DNA from: a bacterium
Lineage (GTDB): Bacteria; UBA8248
Direction of reading: 5' to 3'
Length of the DNA: 64,000 bases
Assembly (NCBI GenBank): GCA_965203325.1
Contig: OZ241875.1
Location: 1,600,001-1,664,000, forward strand
Position numbers and translations under genes: made by a program. Below the pieces are notes generated by a model. That model did no database searches. It was not told the DNA's origin and saw only the letters and a list, made by a program, of their open reading frames with translations. This document shows, piece by piece, positions 30,539 to 39,174 of the stretch. The stretch's first letter is position 1, and every line of letters starts with the position of its first letter.

Positions 30539-32287
30539 TTATGCATTCTGCGGAATCACCGGCAGCAACACGTGCGATGGACACGACGGGCCGGTGTGGA
30601 GCGTCACCTTTCCGCCGAAGAGTTCCGTCGGCCTGTCCTCTTTCAAATCGTGCTTGAACGGCCCCACACCGTAGTAGACGCGGCCCGATATTTTGGGGGC
30701 GGAAGGCTCATAACCGGGCCAGACGTAATCGCGCCCCCGGACGCTGATCGCCAGGCGGTATTCCCTGGGGATGACGATGGAGGTCGGCCAGATCTCCACG
30801 TCGAGTTCGTATATCTCGCCGGGCGTGAGCGGCTGAATCTCGTCATGCGTGTGGTAGGGCCGGTAGGGCAGTGTGAGGGCCTCATCGAGTTTCCGGTGCG
30901 AGGCCCTGAGCCACCCGATGGCCACGGGCGTGTGCGGGTCGTTCGCGCCCCGGTAGACGATCTCCGTCATGTCCGGCGTGAAAACGCGCAAGGTAAGAAA
31001 CAGATCCGCATCCTCGGTATCCGAGGAGATGAACATTTTGGCCGCTACGGGGCCGGTGATCTCGGTTTCCTCGGCGAAAGGCGGCGAGATGTAGATCAAG
31101 CCGTCGCCCAGGGCGTCATAGGTTTTCGTCCGCTCGTTGCCCTGAGGTTCGGGCCGGAATGTGCCCGTGCCCGAATGGAGGTAATACTTCGTCCAGTTCG
31201 TGCGCGCGAGGGGCCACTCGTTCTCCGCGCGCGGCACGAATTTCTCGCCCGGATGCCGCACCAGGAGCTGAACTTTCGGCTGCTCCGCCCAGCCGGTGTC
31301 CTCACCCTTCAGGAAATGGCCGAAAAATTTCTTCTGGAGCGCTACGCCGTAATCGGTGTAAAACTCCGTGAAATGCTCCAGCCCGTGCATCTCCAGCCAT
31401 TTCTCCTCGGTGGCCGATTGCACGAAGCCCTCCGTGTTGCCCCTGGGGTGCAGGCCCACGCCGCCCCAGTTGCCCGAGGAAAGAAGAGGCACGTTGATTT
31501 TCGAATAATCGGGCATGCGCTCTTTCCAGTAATCATCCACGAGGGGGTGATCCAGAATATCCTGCCCGAAATCGCTCCGGTTAGAAGCGAGTTCCTCTTC
31601 GCTCAGGTTGGCGGGTCCTGAAATCCAGTCGCCGTTGATGCGGCTCTTGAAGCCGCGGTGGCCCTTGCCGTGCTGGCGGGGGACGACGGCTTCGCGGTAC
31701 CAGGTCTCGGAAAACCGGCAGGCGATGCCCCCGTGGTGGGCCAAGTCGCGGTAGAAATCGGCTGCCCCCTCCCAGACGCACATGGCCGCCAGGTGCGGCG
31801 GCTGGAGCGAGGCCACCTGCCACTGGTTCATCCCGTAGTAGGAGATGCCATTCAGACCCACCTTACCGTTGCTCCAGGGCTGCACGCCCGCCCACTCGAT
31901 GCAGTCGTAAAAATCCCTGGTCTCGCGCGGCGACCACACTTCCAGATAGCCCGGCGAGCGGCCCGCGCCGCGTGAATCCACGCGCACGCAGGCGTAGCCG
32001 TCGGGCACCCATTTCTCGGGGTCCACGAGCTCCCAATTCTGGTATTTGTTGGTGGTGCCCATGACGGTCTCGGGATAGTCGTTCACCATGAGATTCCACT
32101 GGTGGGGGTAGCCGTCCTGTAAGTGAAGCCATTTGCAGTAGGGGCCGTAGCTCATGATGACGGGGTATTCGCCGTCGTCATCGGGCCGGTAGACGTCGCA
32201 GCGCAGCACCACGCCGTCGTCCATCTCGATGGGCACGTCCCAGTCGACCCGCATCCCGTCTCTTGCCTCGCTCTTGTACTCGCTCAT
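30539..32287 (-). CDS. CocE/NonD family hydrolase, tandem paralog
   Basis: Same motifs as 28766-30511. Confidence 0.9.
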   Translation of the reverse strand: MSEYKSEARDGMRVDWDVPIEMDDGVVLRCDVYRPDDDGEYPVIMSYGPYCKWLHLQDGYPHQWNLMVNDYPETVMGTTNKYQNWELVDPEKWVPDGYACVRVDSRGAGRSPGYLEVWSPRETRDFYDCIEWAGVQPWSNGKVGLNGISYYGMNQWQVASLQPPHLAAMCVWEGAADFYRDLAHHGGIACRFSETWYREAVVPRQHGKGHRGFKSRINGDWISGPANLSEEELASNRSDFGQDILDHPLVDDYWKERMPDYSKINVPLLSSGNWGGVGLHPRGNTEGFVQSATEEKWLEMHGLEHFTEFYTDYGVALQKKFFGHFLKGEDTGWAEQPKVQLLVRHPGEKFVPRAENEWPLARTNWTKYYLHSGTGTFRPEPQGNERTKTYDALGDGLIYISPPFAEETEITGPVAAKMFISSDTEDADLFLTLRVFTPDMTEIVYRGANDPHTPVAIGWLRASHRKLDEALTLPYRPYHTHDEIQPLTPGEIYELDVEIWPTSIVIPREYRLAISVRGRDYVWPGYEPSAPKISGRVYYGVGPFKHDLKEDRPTELFGGKVTLHTGPSCPSHVLLPVIPQNA

Positions 32288-32509
32288 GTTTCGCCTTTCC
32301 GTGAAGAAGTGGATCACCGTCGGTGATGTATTTGGGGATGAGGGGAATATAACCGAGGGGAGGGGGTGAGTCCAGATGGGGAGGGTAATCGAAAAAACGA
32401 CCTTATTTCGGAAGGTGCTTCAGGGCTGCCGCAATCTCAGACGTTTGGACGGTTTTGCTCAATTGAAGGCGTCGGTGGAGGGTGAGTTAGCGGCTATCTC
32501 GAAAGAGCA

Positions 32510-32827
32510 TTACGTCCTATTGTCATTTATGTCAGGTTCAATATTTTGTTCATCTTCTGACATATCCACTTCCTCAATATAATCAGAGCGACCTACACTG
32601 CAACCTACTATATCTCGGAATACTTTAGTGGATACTCCCAATTGCTTCGCCATACGATCTTGCAAATAGTCATTAATGTCCTGATTGTTGTGCGACATGA
32701 ACGTCTCACCAATTAACCTATCCTCATCATATACACGGTAATATATATGATGGCCGGCCTCATCAACTTCACATTTTAACTTGTTTCGCAATGCTCTTTT
32801 GACTTCACGCGCTTTGTAAGTGGGCAT
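32510..32827 (-). CDS. HicA-like small protein
   Basis: Helix, GHH-containing strands and MAKQLG helix pattern; AT-rich insert. Confidence 0.5.
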   Translation of the reverse strand: MPTYKAREVKRALRNKLKCEVDEAGHHIYYRVYDEDRLIGETFMSHNNQDINDYLQDRMAKQLGVSTKVFRDIVGCSVGRSDYIEEVDMSEDEQNIEPDINDNRT

Positions 32828-32837
32828 TCGGGGTGGA

Positions 32838-33200
32838 CTACCAATTTACAGTAACAGTCTGATGAAACAGAACATCAAGACGTAGCTTGCGTTTCTCCAT
32901 ATGTTTAGAGAGTCTTTTCGCAGAATGAAGGGCCTTCCATGATGCTTTCAGTGCTTCAAAGAGCGAAACCATAGCTTCATCAGGTGTCGAACCTTCCCCA
33001 TGATGCGGCAAATCCGGTTCCATCAACATATCGGCAAAATATCTTCCGTCCATCTCGTGTGTCTGAACAAAAATCGGGATTCCTTCATAGGATTCTGCTT
33101 GTTGTTCAACTGGGGCGTAAGCAACTAATGAGGAACTCACTAATGTAGGATTACCACCATATGAGGTGTTATCTACAGTATCAAGTAATGTGGTATTCAT
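32838..33200 (-). CDS. HicB-like protein
   Basis: Y.A....PDLP..GEG.TPDEA motif; AT-rich insert. Confidence 0.55.
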   Translation of the reverse strand: MNTTLLDTVDNTSYGGNPTLVSSSLVAYAPVEQQAESYEGIPIFVQTHEMDGRYFADMLMEPDLPHHGEGSTPDEAMVSLFEALKASWKALHSAKRLSKHMEKRKLRLDVLFHQTVTVNW

Positions 33201-33225
33201 TTCGTCATATACTCTTTTATGTATG

Positions 33226-33477
33226 TTATTCAGATTCCAGCACTGTTATGATAGTTCCACTTCTCACATTGTAAATTGGATTTCCATCCAATCCACGCTC
33301 ACCTTTGAATTTAGCAACTTCAACTACATCCACTTTTATTCGCAATACAGTCCCATCAGCAAGCCTGATTTTCATCGGCTTCTCAATGATCTCTTCTATC
33401 TCAACCATCTCAACATCATGCATTTCACCTGTTGTTGGATGTTTCATTTTTCGCTCTACCATAACTAACCTTTTCAT
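33226..33477 (-). CDS. Hypothetical protein
   Basis: 83 aa (L.DGTVLRIK...G.PIY.V); first gene of the AT-rich insert. Confidence 0.6.
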   Translation of the reverse strand: MKRLVMVERKMKHPTTGEMHDVEMVEIEEIIEKPMKIRLADGTVLRIKVDVVEVAKFKGERGLDGNPIYNVRSGTIITVLESE

Positions 33478-33735
33478 TTATTTTGAAGTAGGGATTTCCT
33501 TGTTGAACACTCAAAAATAGCATTATCTATCTGTTGCGATATTGCCAGGATCGATTGAACAACAATCTTCGCCAACCACCTAAGTAATCGGAAGCCTGTC
33601 GGAACTCTCCCTTTAGTATGAGCATGGATGCGAGTAGCACCTCAAACAACCATACCCTATCTCATAAATCGCAATATTTCGCCATATCCTGCCATACATT
33701 GCGAAAATCTCAACCAGTCCGGAATAAGCCTCCTC

Positions 33736-34311
33736 TCACTCGATCCTTTCCTCGAGCTTCCGCGTCGCCGCCTCGACGATTTCGCACACCTTTTCCATCA
33801 CCTCGGGGTGCGCGCGGAACGACTCGCGCACTTCCTTGACGATCGCCATCTTGGCGGCGGCGAAGCCGTCCTGGTATTCGAGCTTGAGTTTCTCGGCCGA
33901 TATACGGCTGCGCTCCAGCCCGTTCACCATCTGGGCGAGTTTCTCGGGCGTCAGGCCCTCGAAGGATTCCTTCCCCATCTGCGAGACGGCCTCGACCGCC
34001 TGGGTCATCAGCATCCGCCGCGCGGCCGCCGCTACCTTCTCGCCCGGGTCCCTGCCCTCGCCGTCATAGGCCATGACTTCTTCGATCAGCTCATCCACCA
34101 TGGCTTCCACCCGCCTGGTCTTGCGGATGCCTTCCAGCAGGCGGTTGTTGCGCGCCCCGATGGAGCCGAGCCCTATCTTCTCCCCGGTGGCCTTCTCGAA
34201 GGCCTCGGCCACCTCCTTATAAGTCTTTCCCTCGGCGAGCATGGGGTCGACGACTTTCTCGGCCCCGTATTCCACCACCTTCGACCTGCGCCCCCGCCTC
34301 CTCTCCATCAC
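33736..34311 (-). CDS. Mu gp27/DUF3486-like protein, putative small terminase
   Basis: RGRRSKV start, HTH-like TYKEVAE..IGLGSIG, helical C-terminus; coupled to the gp26-like gene. Confidence 0.65.
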   Translation of the reverse strand: MMERRRGRRSKVVEYGAEKVVDPMLAEGKTYKEVAEAFEKATGEKIGLGSIGARNNRLLEGIRKTRRVEAMVDELIEEVMAYDGEGRDPGEKVAAAARRMLMTQAVEAVSQMGKESFEGLTPEKLAQMVNGLERSRISAEKLKLEYQDGFAAAKMAIVKEVRESFRAHPEVMEKVCEIVEAATRKLEERIE

Positions 34312-34640
34312 AACTCTCCCACGAGGATGTCGGGCGAAGCGGAAACGGCGCCTTCGAGCAGGCCGCGCCCCTTGCGGGTCAGGTGCGCCTCGTAATCCGT
34401 CAGCAGGCGGCCGAAACCGCCCGGGGTGCGCTTTTCCAAAAAGCCCCGCCCGGCCAGATCGTCCACGAAGGCCTCGAGCGTCTCGCGGCCCAAGGGCGCG
34501 CCGTCCTCATGGTGGCCCGCCTCGCGCAGCGCGCTCCACAGCAGAAGGCTGCCCACGCTCGATTCCGCGCGCAAGGCATCCTGGTAATACAGCGTCTTCA
34601 ATATGTCGCCGCGCAGGACGCGGGCCGTCAGTTCATTCAC
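34308..34640 (-). CDS. Mu gp26-like winged-helix protein
   Basis: LRGDILKTLY...L..RGFL...LTRKGRGLLEG pattern. GTG start with GGAGGTG RBS. Confidence 0.6.
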   Translation of the reverse strand: MNELTARVLRGDILKTLYYQDALRAESSVGSLLLWSALREAGHHEDGAPLGRETLEAFVDDLAGRGFLEKRTPGGFGRLLTDYEAHLTRKGRGLLEGAVSASPDILVGEL

Positions 34641-34642
34641 GA

Positions 34643-34747
34643 TGAATCACCTCCCCAATGACTTTCATACCGGCGTACCCGACGCCGGTTATCGTAATCC
34701 AGACCTCTTCCGTGCACTGAAACACCTCCTCGATGACTTTCATACCG
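34643..34747. repeat. 30-bp direct repeat (27/30 identical, 75-bp period) in the gp26-like leader
   Basis: 34643-34672 versus 34718-34747; each copy contains GGAGGTG on the minus strand. Confidence 0.85.
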
Positions 34748-34784
34748 AAACGCCAATCACCCCGCGTGAGGCGGAAACTCTCTC

Positions 34785-34836
34785 AATATAGAATGCGGCT
34801 GCATCTCCGGCAGACCGGCAAATGCGGGGAAATGCG
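34785..34836 (-). promoter_or_regulatory. Activator-dependent 'late' promoter 3 (gp26/gp27-like operon)
   Basis: Core at 34818-34836 is 19/19 identical. -10 TATATT at 34790-34785, 27-nt gap. Confidence 0.85.
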
Positions 34837-34869
34837 GGCGCGTTGAGAAAATAATTTCCGGGTTGCACA

Positions 34870-35301
34870 ATGCCGCCCGAGGAGGAGGCTTCGATGCGCT
34901 CAAGCGCGCGGAAAATCATCACCACGCTCGCCGTATTCGCGCTCTGGTTCGCGTGGCTGCCCGACGCGCCTGCCCTCGCTCACGGGGAGGAGGAGATCCT
35001 CCTGTTCGCCTATCTGGCGGAAGAGCGCAACCTGCTGAGAATCTCGACCGCCATCGTGGGCGGCATCATCCTGGCGATGGGCGTCTTCATCACCCAGCAA
35101 TCGCGCGCCGAGGCGAGAGAAAACGCCCGGGCAGAATTCACGGGCTTCAGGGTGATATTGCCGGGGCTGCTCGTCACCTGCCTGGGCGCCGCCGTGCTGT
35201 TCACGGCCGCCTTCATCCTCCCCGAGCAGATCAAGATTGTGCACGACCATCCCCTGGAGCACGTCGAGACAAAGACCACAAAAAGTAAAAGCGGCCCGTG
35301 A
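34870..35301 (+). CDS. Hypothetical membrane protein
   Basis: Signal-like N-terminus plus two TM segments. Likely start is the ATG near 34894 after GGAGG. Confidence 0.6.
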   Translation: MPPEEEASMRSSARKIITTLAVFALWFAWLPDAPALAHGEEEILLFAYLAEERNLLRISTAIVGGIILAMGVFITQQSRAEARENARAEFTGFRVILPGLLVTCLGAAVLFTAAFILPEQIKIVHDHPLEHVETKTTKSKSGP

Positions 35302-35570
35302 GGGGTTGTTGGAAAGTCCCACAGAGGGAGCGCGCTGAGTTTCACTCCCCCCTTGAAGGGTCTGGCTTCCCGAGGGGAAAGCCAGACGAGGAAGCCGAAC
35401 CGACAGGTGAAGGCTGACTCAGTGGGGGGACATACCACAGAAAAAGCTCCCCCCACCAACTCGCCTGCGGGCTTCGCCCTTGCCTCTTTGACTCCCCCTC
35501 AAGGGGGGAGTGAATTTCAAAAGCGTGATTGAAACCCAAAAATATTTCGCGGGGCTTTTTCACCCCCCCC
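35302..35570. repeat. MITE-like repeat
   Basis: Starts GGGGTTGTTGGAAA; internal ACTCCCCC(T)..GGGGGAGT palindromes; degenerate right end. Confidence 0.5.
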
Positions 35571-35594
35571 AAGCCCTCCCCGCGCAAAACTCCC

Positions 35595-36017
35595 TCACTT
35601 CGCCTTTCCCGTGAGCTTCTCGACGGTGCGAAACGCGCCCAGACCCAGCATCCCCAGGGTGAGTTCGAGTAGCCCGTCCGCCGAGACGGGATAGGGCGCG
35701 AGTTCGCCGCTCATCAGCACCTGCCGCGTCCAGAGCCATGCGCCGAGGGCATACTGGGGGATGAAATAGAACGCCAGCGAGACGCCGCAGATCCACAGGA
35801 TGAACGGCCTGCCGCCTGCGACGAAGACGCTGCGGTGGGCGGCTTCGATTTTGTTGATCTCGTTCTGGGCTTCGGCGGGGCGCATCATCAGCTTTTGTTT
35901 TATCGCCTCCGCCGCGCGCCGCTCGTCCGGCGTCTCGACGAACCTGTCGATGACGTTGGCGACGCCCTCGGCCGCCGATACGACGCCGCCGCCGATGAGC
36001 TTTTCCAAAAAGGCCAT
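35595..36017 (-). CDS. Holin, 3TM 'gene-transfer release' type
   Basis: INKIEAAHRSVFVAGGRPFILWICG...LLELTLGMLGLGAFRTVEKL. ATG overlaps the lysozyme stop. Confidence 0.8.
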   Translation of the reverse strand: MAFLEKLIGGGVVSAAEGVANVIDRFVETPDERRAAEAIKQKLMMRPAEAQNEINKIEAAHRSVFVAGGRPFILWICGVSLAFYFIPQYALGAWLWTRQVLMSGELAPYPVSADGLLELTLGMLGLGAFRTVEKLTGKAK

Positions 36018-36430
36018 CACGCGCTCCTCATGCGCTCGGCGACCCGGCCCGCCCGGGCGGGGAGTTCCCGCGCGTAAACTGAATCGAGCGCCTCCCCGGC
36101 CGCTTCTGCGTAATCCCCTGCCGCGAGCGCGGCCCACATCTTCTGAAAGCCCAGAAGACTCGGCACACCCATGTTGTAGGCCATGTTCAGGACCGCTCGC
36201 TTCGCAGCCGGTTTGAGACCCCCGTAAACCTCGCCCACACGGGAGCGCTCCAGTTCTCCGGCCATCAGGTCGAGACGATGCCGGAGGAGCAGTTCGGCCT
36301 CGGCTTCCGATATGCCGTCTTCGAGCAGCGTTCCGTAGCCGATGGTCTTCTTGCCCTTGCTATCCAGATACACCACCGGCACGAAACCCTCCTCGCGCTT
36401 GATCTCCGCTACGAGTTCGTCCGTGAGCAT
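36017..36430 (-). CDS. Phage lysozyme/endolysin (GH24-like)
   Basis: EEG....YLD..G..TIGYG catalytic E-D-T pattern, NMAYNMG. Confidence 0.9.
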   Translation of the reverse strand: MLTDELVAEIKREEGFVPVVYLDSKGKKTIGYGTLLEDGISEAEAELLLRHRLDLMAGELERSRVGEVYGGLKPAAKRAVLNMAYNMGVPSLLGFQKMWAALAAGDYAEAAGEALDSVYARELPARAGRVAERMRSA

Positions 36431-36648
36431 CCCCTGCCCTCCCCTTCAAGCAGGTTCCCTGCCCCGGCCGCTTCTCCCAGCAGGCGCACGAGCGCCGCCG
36501 CGCCCTTGCGCGCGCCCGTGCGGCCCGCATAGGCCTGGCTCGACGCCAGCACCCGTCCGTTCCTCGCCCGCACCCGGAAGCGATGACGCCCGGATTTGTC
36601 CCGGAAAATCTCGACGGGACGATATTTCGAGTTCTTTACGGCCAGCAT
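36409..36648 (-). CDS. YegP/DUF1508-like small protein
   Basis: EIFRDKSGRHRFRVRARNGRVLASSQAY. Confidence 0.7.
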   Translation of the reverse strand: MLAVKNSKYRPVEIFRDKSGRHRFRVRARNGRVLASSQAYAGRTGARKGAAALVRLLGEAAGAGNLLEGEGRGCSRTNS

Positions 36649-36785
36649 ACGACGCCCCCCAGAAAAAAACCCAACAGCACCAGACCCGCGCCCGCGGCGA
36701 CGAGGCGCAAGGCGGTGTGCTTCTTGTTCGCCCAGCGCCACAATGCGGCGTCCGTTCTTCTTTCGAATTCATTTTTCCCGGTCAT
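36636..36785 (-). CDS. 49-aa single-TM protein heading the lysis cassette (below the ORF-track cutoff)
   Basis: GAGGAG RBS; MTGKNEFERRTDAALWRWANKKHTALRLVAAGAGLVLLGFFLGGVVCWP. Confidence 0.65.
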   Translation of the reverse strand: MTGKNEFERRTDAALWRWANKKHTALRLVAAGAGLVLLGFFLGGVVCWP

Positions 36786-36853
36786 GACTCTCCTCACATT
36801 CTGTTAGCGAAATCCCGCGCGCCGCGCTTAAGCGATGCGCTTCGACGCAAGAG

Positions 36854-36916
36854 ATTCTAGGCCTTGATCCCGCCGGGCCGTTGACGGAAAATGCGGGCAA
36901 CTGCGGGGTGATGCGC
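36854..36916 (-). promoter_or_regulatory. Activator-dependent 'late' promoter 4 (lysis cassette)
   Basis: Core at 36887-36905 matches 16/19 and has a third TGCG unit. -10 TAGAAT at 36859-36854, 27-nt gap. Confidence 0.75.
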
Positions 36917-37065
36917 TCTCACCCGTCCGCGAGGGGAAAAAAGCGCATCCCCCCGCGCCGGACGCGCCCGCTCGACCGCTTCGTTCGCGACGCGCGAGGG
37001 GCGTTTCATCCGCCAGGAAGACGACGCGCCAAGGGGCGCATGCCGCCAAGCACAGGAGATGAACC

Positions 37066-37554
37066 ATGAAAAAACTGACCGCCACCCTCCTCGTAGCCGT
37101 ATTCACCCTGGGGCTGGCCGGATGCCGCACCGACGGCACGATGGACAAACAGACCAGCGGAGCCATTCTGGGCGGAATCGCGGGCGGTCTGATCGGCTCG
37201 AAGTTCGGCAAGGGCCGGGGCCGCAAGGCGGCGACCTTCGCGGGCGCGGTCCTCGGCGTCCTCGCGGGCAGCTCCATCGGGCGACAACTCGACGAGCGCG
37301 ACCGTCTGCTGATGGGGCGAAGCACGCAGAAAACCCTTGAACGCGGCAAGACGAACGTGGCCACCAAATGGGTGAACCCCGACACGGGCAACCGGGGCAC
37401 CATCACGCCCAGGCGCACCTACCGGGTCCAGAGAGGCTCGACCACCCGGTATTGCCGCGAGTTCCAGCAGACCATCACCGTGGGCGGCAAGACAGAGCGC
37501 GCCTACGGCCGCGCCTGCCGACAGCCCGACGGAAGCTGGAAGATCGTCAACTAG
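37066..37554 (+). CDS. Glycine-zipper surface lipoprotein (17-kDa antigen/RT0821-like)
   Basis: LAGC lipobox, Gly zipper, CREFQQTI..ACRQPDGSW. Confidence 0.88.
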   Translation: MKKLTATLLVAVFTLGLAGCRTDGTMDKQTSGAILGGIAGGLIGSKFGKGRGRKAATFAGAVLGVLAGSSIGRQLDERDRLLMGRSTQKTLERGKTNVATKWVNPDTGNRGTITPRRTYRVQRGSTTRYCREFQQTITVGGKTERAYGRACRQPDGSWKIVN

Positions 37555-37605
37555 GCCTGCGCTGCTCAAGAAACGTCATTCGCCTTCATCCAAGAAAGGC
37601 GTCTC

Positions 37606-38004
37606 ATGAAGAAGCGGATCTGCGCAGGCGTGGCGTTCATGTTCTTCGTATCAGGTTGCGCGGGTGTTGGACCGAACCCGGTGGCGCGCTACACGCCTGC
37701 GGATGAGAAGCGCAGTTGCGTCTCGCTCAAGGCGGAAATAAAAGCCAACAGGAAGGGCATCGCCAAAAAGACGCTTGAGCGGACGAACAAGACGCACAAG
37801 AACCTCATCCTCGGCGCTTCCGGTGTGTTCCTCATCGCGCCGTGGTTTTACATGGACCTGAAGGGCAAGGAAGCAGTCGAGACCGAAGCGCTAGAGCGCC
37901 GAAACGCCGCACTTCGCCGCATCGCCTTCGACAAGGGCTGCAACGCGCCGCTACCCATCGTCACGCATCAGAGAAAGCCGAGAACGGGAGAGAAAACGAA
38001 ATAG
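37606..38004 (+). CDS. Hypothetical lipoprotein
   Basis: VSGC lipobox. Confidence 0.65.
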   Translation: MKKRICAGVAFMFFVSGCAGVGPNPVARYTPADEKRSCVSLKAEIKANRKGIAKKTLERTNKTHKNLILGASGVFLIAPWFYMDLKGKEAVETEALERRNAALRRIAFDKGCNAPLPIVTHQRKPRTGEKTK

Positions 38005-38006
38005 AT

Positions 38007-38033
38007 GTAGGGGCGGTCGCGAACCGCCCCTAC
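38007..38033. repeat. GTAG-type REP palindrome
   Basis: GTAGGGGCGGTCGCGAACCGCCCCTAC. Confidence 0.75.
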
Positions 38034-38122
38034 AGGAGAAATCGACGCCTCATCCGCTTGCACTCTCCGATAATGTATGCCACTCGAAATCGCAATCCCT
38101 TCTTGAGCAGTCGGGGTTGACC

Positions 38123-38503
38123 CTACTCCCGCATACCGCCGAATTTCCATTCGAGATCGTGCGGGAAATCCTCCGTCATCTTCTCGACGTAGGCGAGCAC
38201 GTCCTCACGGCGGAAGCGCGCGCTCTTGAAGGAGGGGTGGCCTTCGGGCTGTCTGGCGCCCGCGCGCGGGGGCGGGCGGCGCAGGTAGACGGGGCGGAGG
38301 CAGGGCGCGTCGCTCGCGCAGTCCTCGGCGATGATGGCGTCGAGCGTGCGGTAGCTCTTATAACCCAACACCCTGGCGAGCATGGGCTTGGTGAGAAACG
38401 CCTCTTCCTCGAGAATCCGGCGCGGCGTTCTCGGATCGAGCGGGGCCCGTTTCGTTCTCCTCGCGCGCCTCTTGCTCCCCCGGGTATTCTTCGGCGGCGT
38501 CAT
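38123..38503 (-). CDS. Xis/AlpA/HTH_17-like DNA-binding protein, candidate activator
   Basis: FLTKPMLARVLG.KS.RTL helix pair and RFRREDVLAYVE wing/terminal helix. Confidence 0.6.
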   Translation of the reverse strand: MTPPKNTRGSKRRARRTKRAPLDPRTPRRILEEEAFLTKPMLARVLGYKSYRTLDAIIAEDCASDAPCLRPVYLRRPPPRAGARQPEGHPSFKSARFRREDVLAYVEKMTEDFPHDLEWKFGGMRE

Positions 38504-38748
38504 CAGCGAAGCGCCTCGGCGAGCGGGAGGAGTACAAGGTCGCGGCGGCGGGTTCTCTTCATCCTGATGAGGGCGTCGGCGCGGGCGCGGGCGGATTCCA
38601 TGTTCGGGAAGATGAGGCTCACGCGCCTCTCCCGGGAGCGGTCGCGGTAGACGAGCAGCGCAGCCTTTTCGGGGACGCCGAATCCCTCCTCCACCAGATC
38701 GGAGAGACCGCGCTCATGGGTTCCGATGAAAGAAGCGGTTTCGTTCAT
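38503..38748 (-). CDS. Hypothetical protein coupled to the HTH gene
   Basis: GGAGGAGG RBS; TGATG overlap with the downstream gene. Confidence 0.6.
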   Translation of the reverse strand: MNETASFIGTHERGLSDLVEEGFGVPEKAALLVYRDRSRERRVSLIFPNMESARARADALIRMKRTRRRDLVLLPLAEALR

Positions 38749-39063
38749 GACGTCCCTCCTCCACATCCGTATGCGGCTTCTCCCGCAAGAAGCAATAAAG
38801 GCCCGGATGATCCGCGCGGTCTCGAAGGTGCGTTGCCGTCGGTAGGGGGCGCCTCGCGGGCGGTGCGGGACGCCGGGTTCGGTGGGGAAGATGGTGGGGT
38901 ATTGCGGGACGGATCATCCGGGCGAGGCGAATATCTGAAAAATTCGACAAATTTAGATAAATTCATGGAATTTCCTTTTTTCTTTATAAAGTCAACAATA
39001 TCAATTAAATATATTGCTCATCGGCCTGAATGTGATGTTCTTATTCACACACCAGACAACGGC

Positions 39064-39092
39064 AATATATCTATATATACTTATATTGTCAA
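39064..39092 (-). promoter_or_regulatory. Consensus sigma70 promoter upstream of the HTH operon
   Basis: TTGACA (39092-39087)-N17-TATATT (39069-39064) in an AT-rich patch. Confidence 0.7.
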
Positions 39093-39174
39093 GCACAAAT
39101 ATTTATAAATATAGATACAAGAAGACATGATCGGCTAATTTGTTGAAAGGGTATGATTTGCAGCGGTGTTAACG

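Noticed and set aside
28604..31621. 1005-aa + strand ORF
   Set aside because: Antisense shadow of the two CocE genes; typical of high-GC codon bias, with no recognisable motifs.
34643..34747. 30-bp repeat pair as a mini-CRISPR
   Set aside because: Only two copies, containing SD sequences, and no cas genes in the window.
38880..38912. Possible fifth late-promoter box (GGGGTATTGCGGG) upstream of the HTH operon
   Set aside because: Only one TGCG unit, a poor match, and no -10 at the 27-nt spacing.
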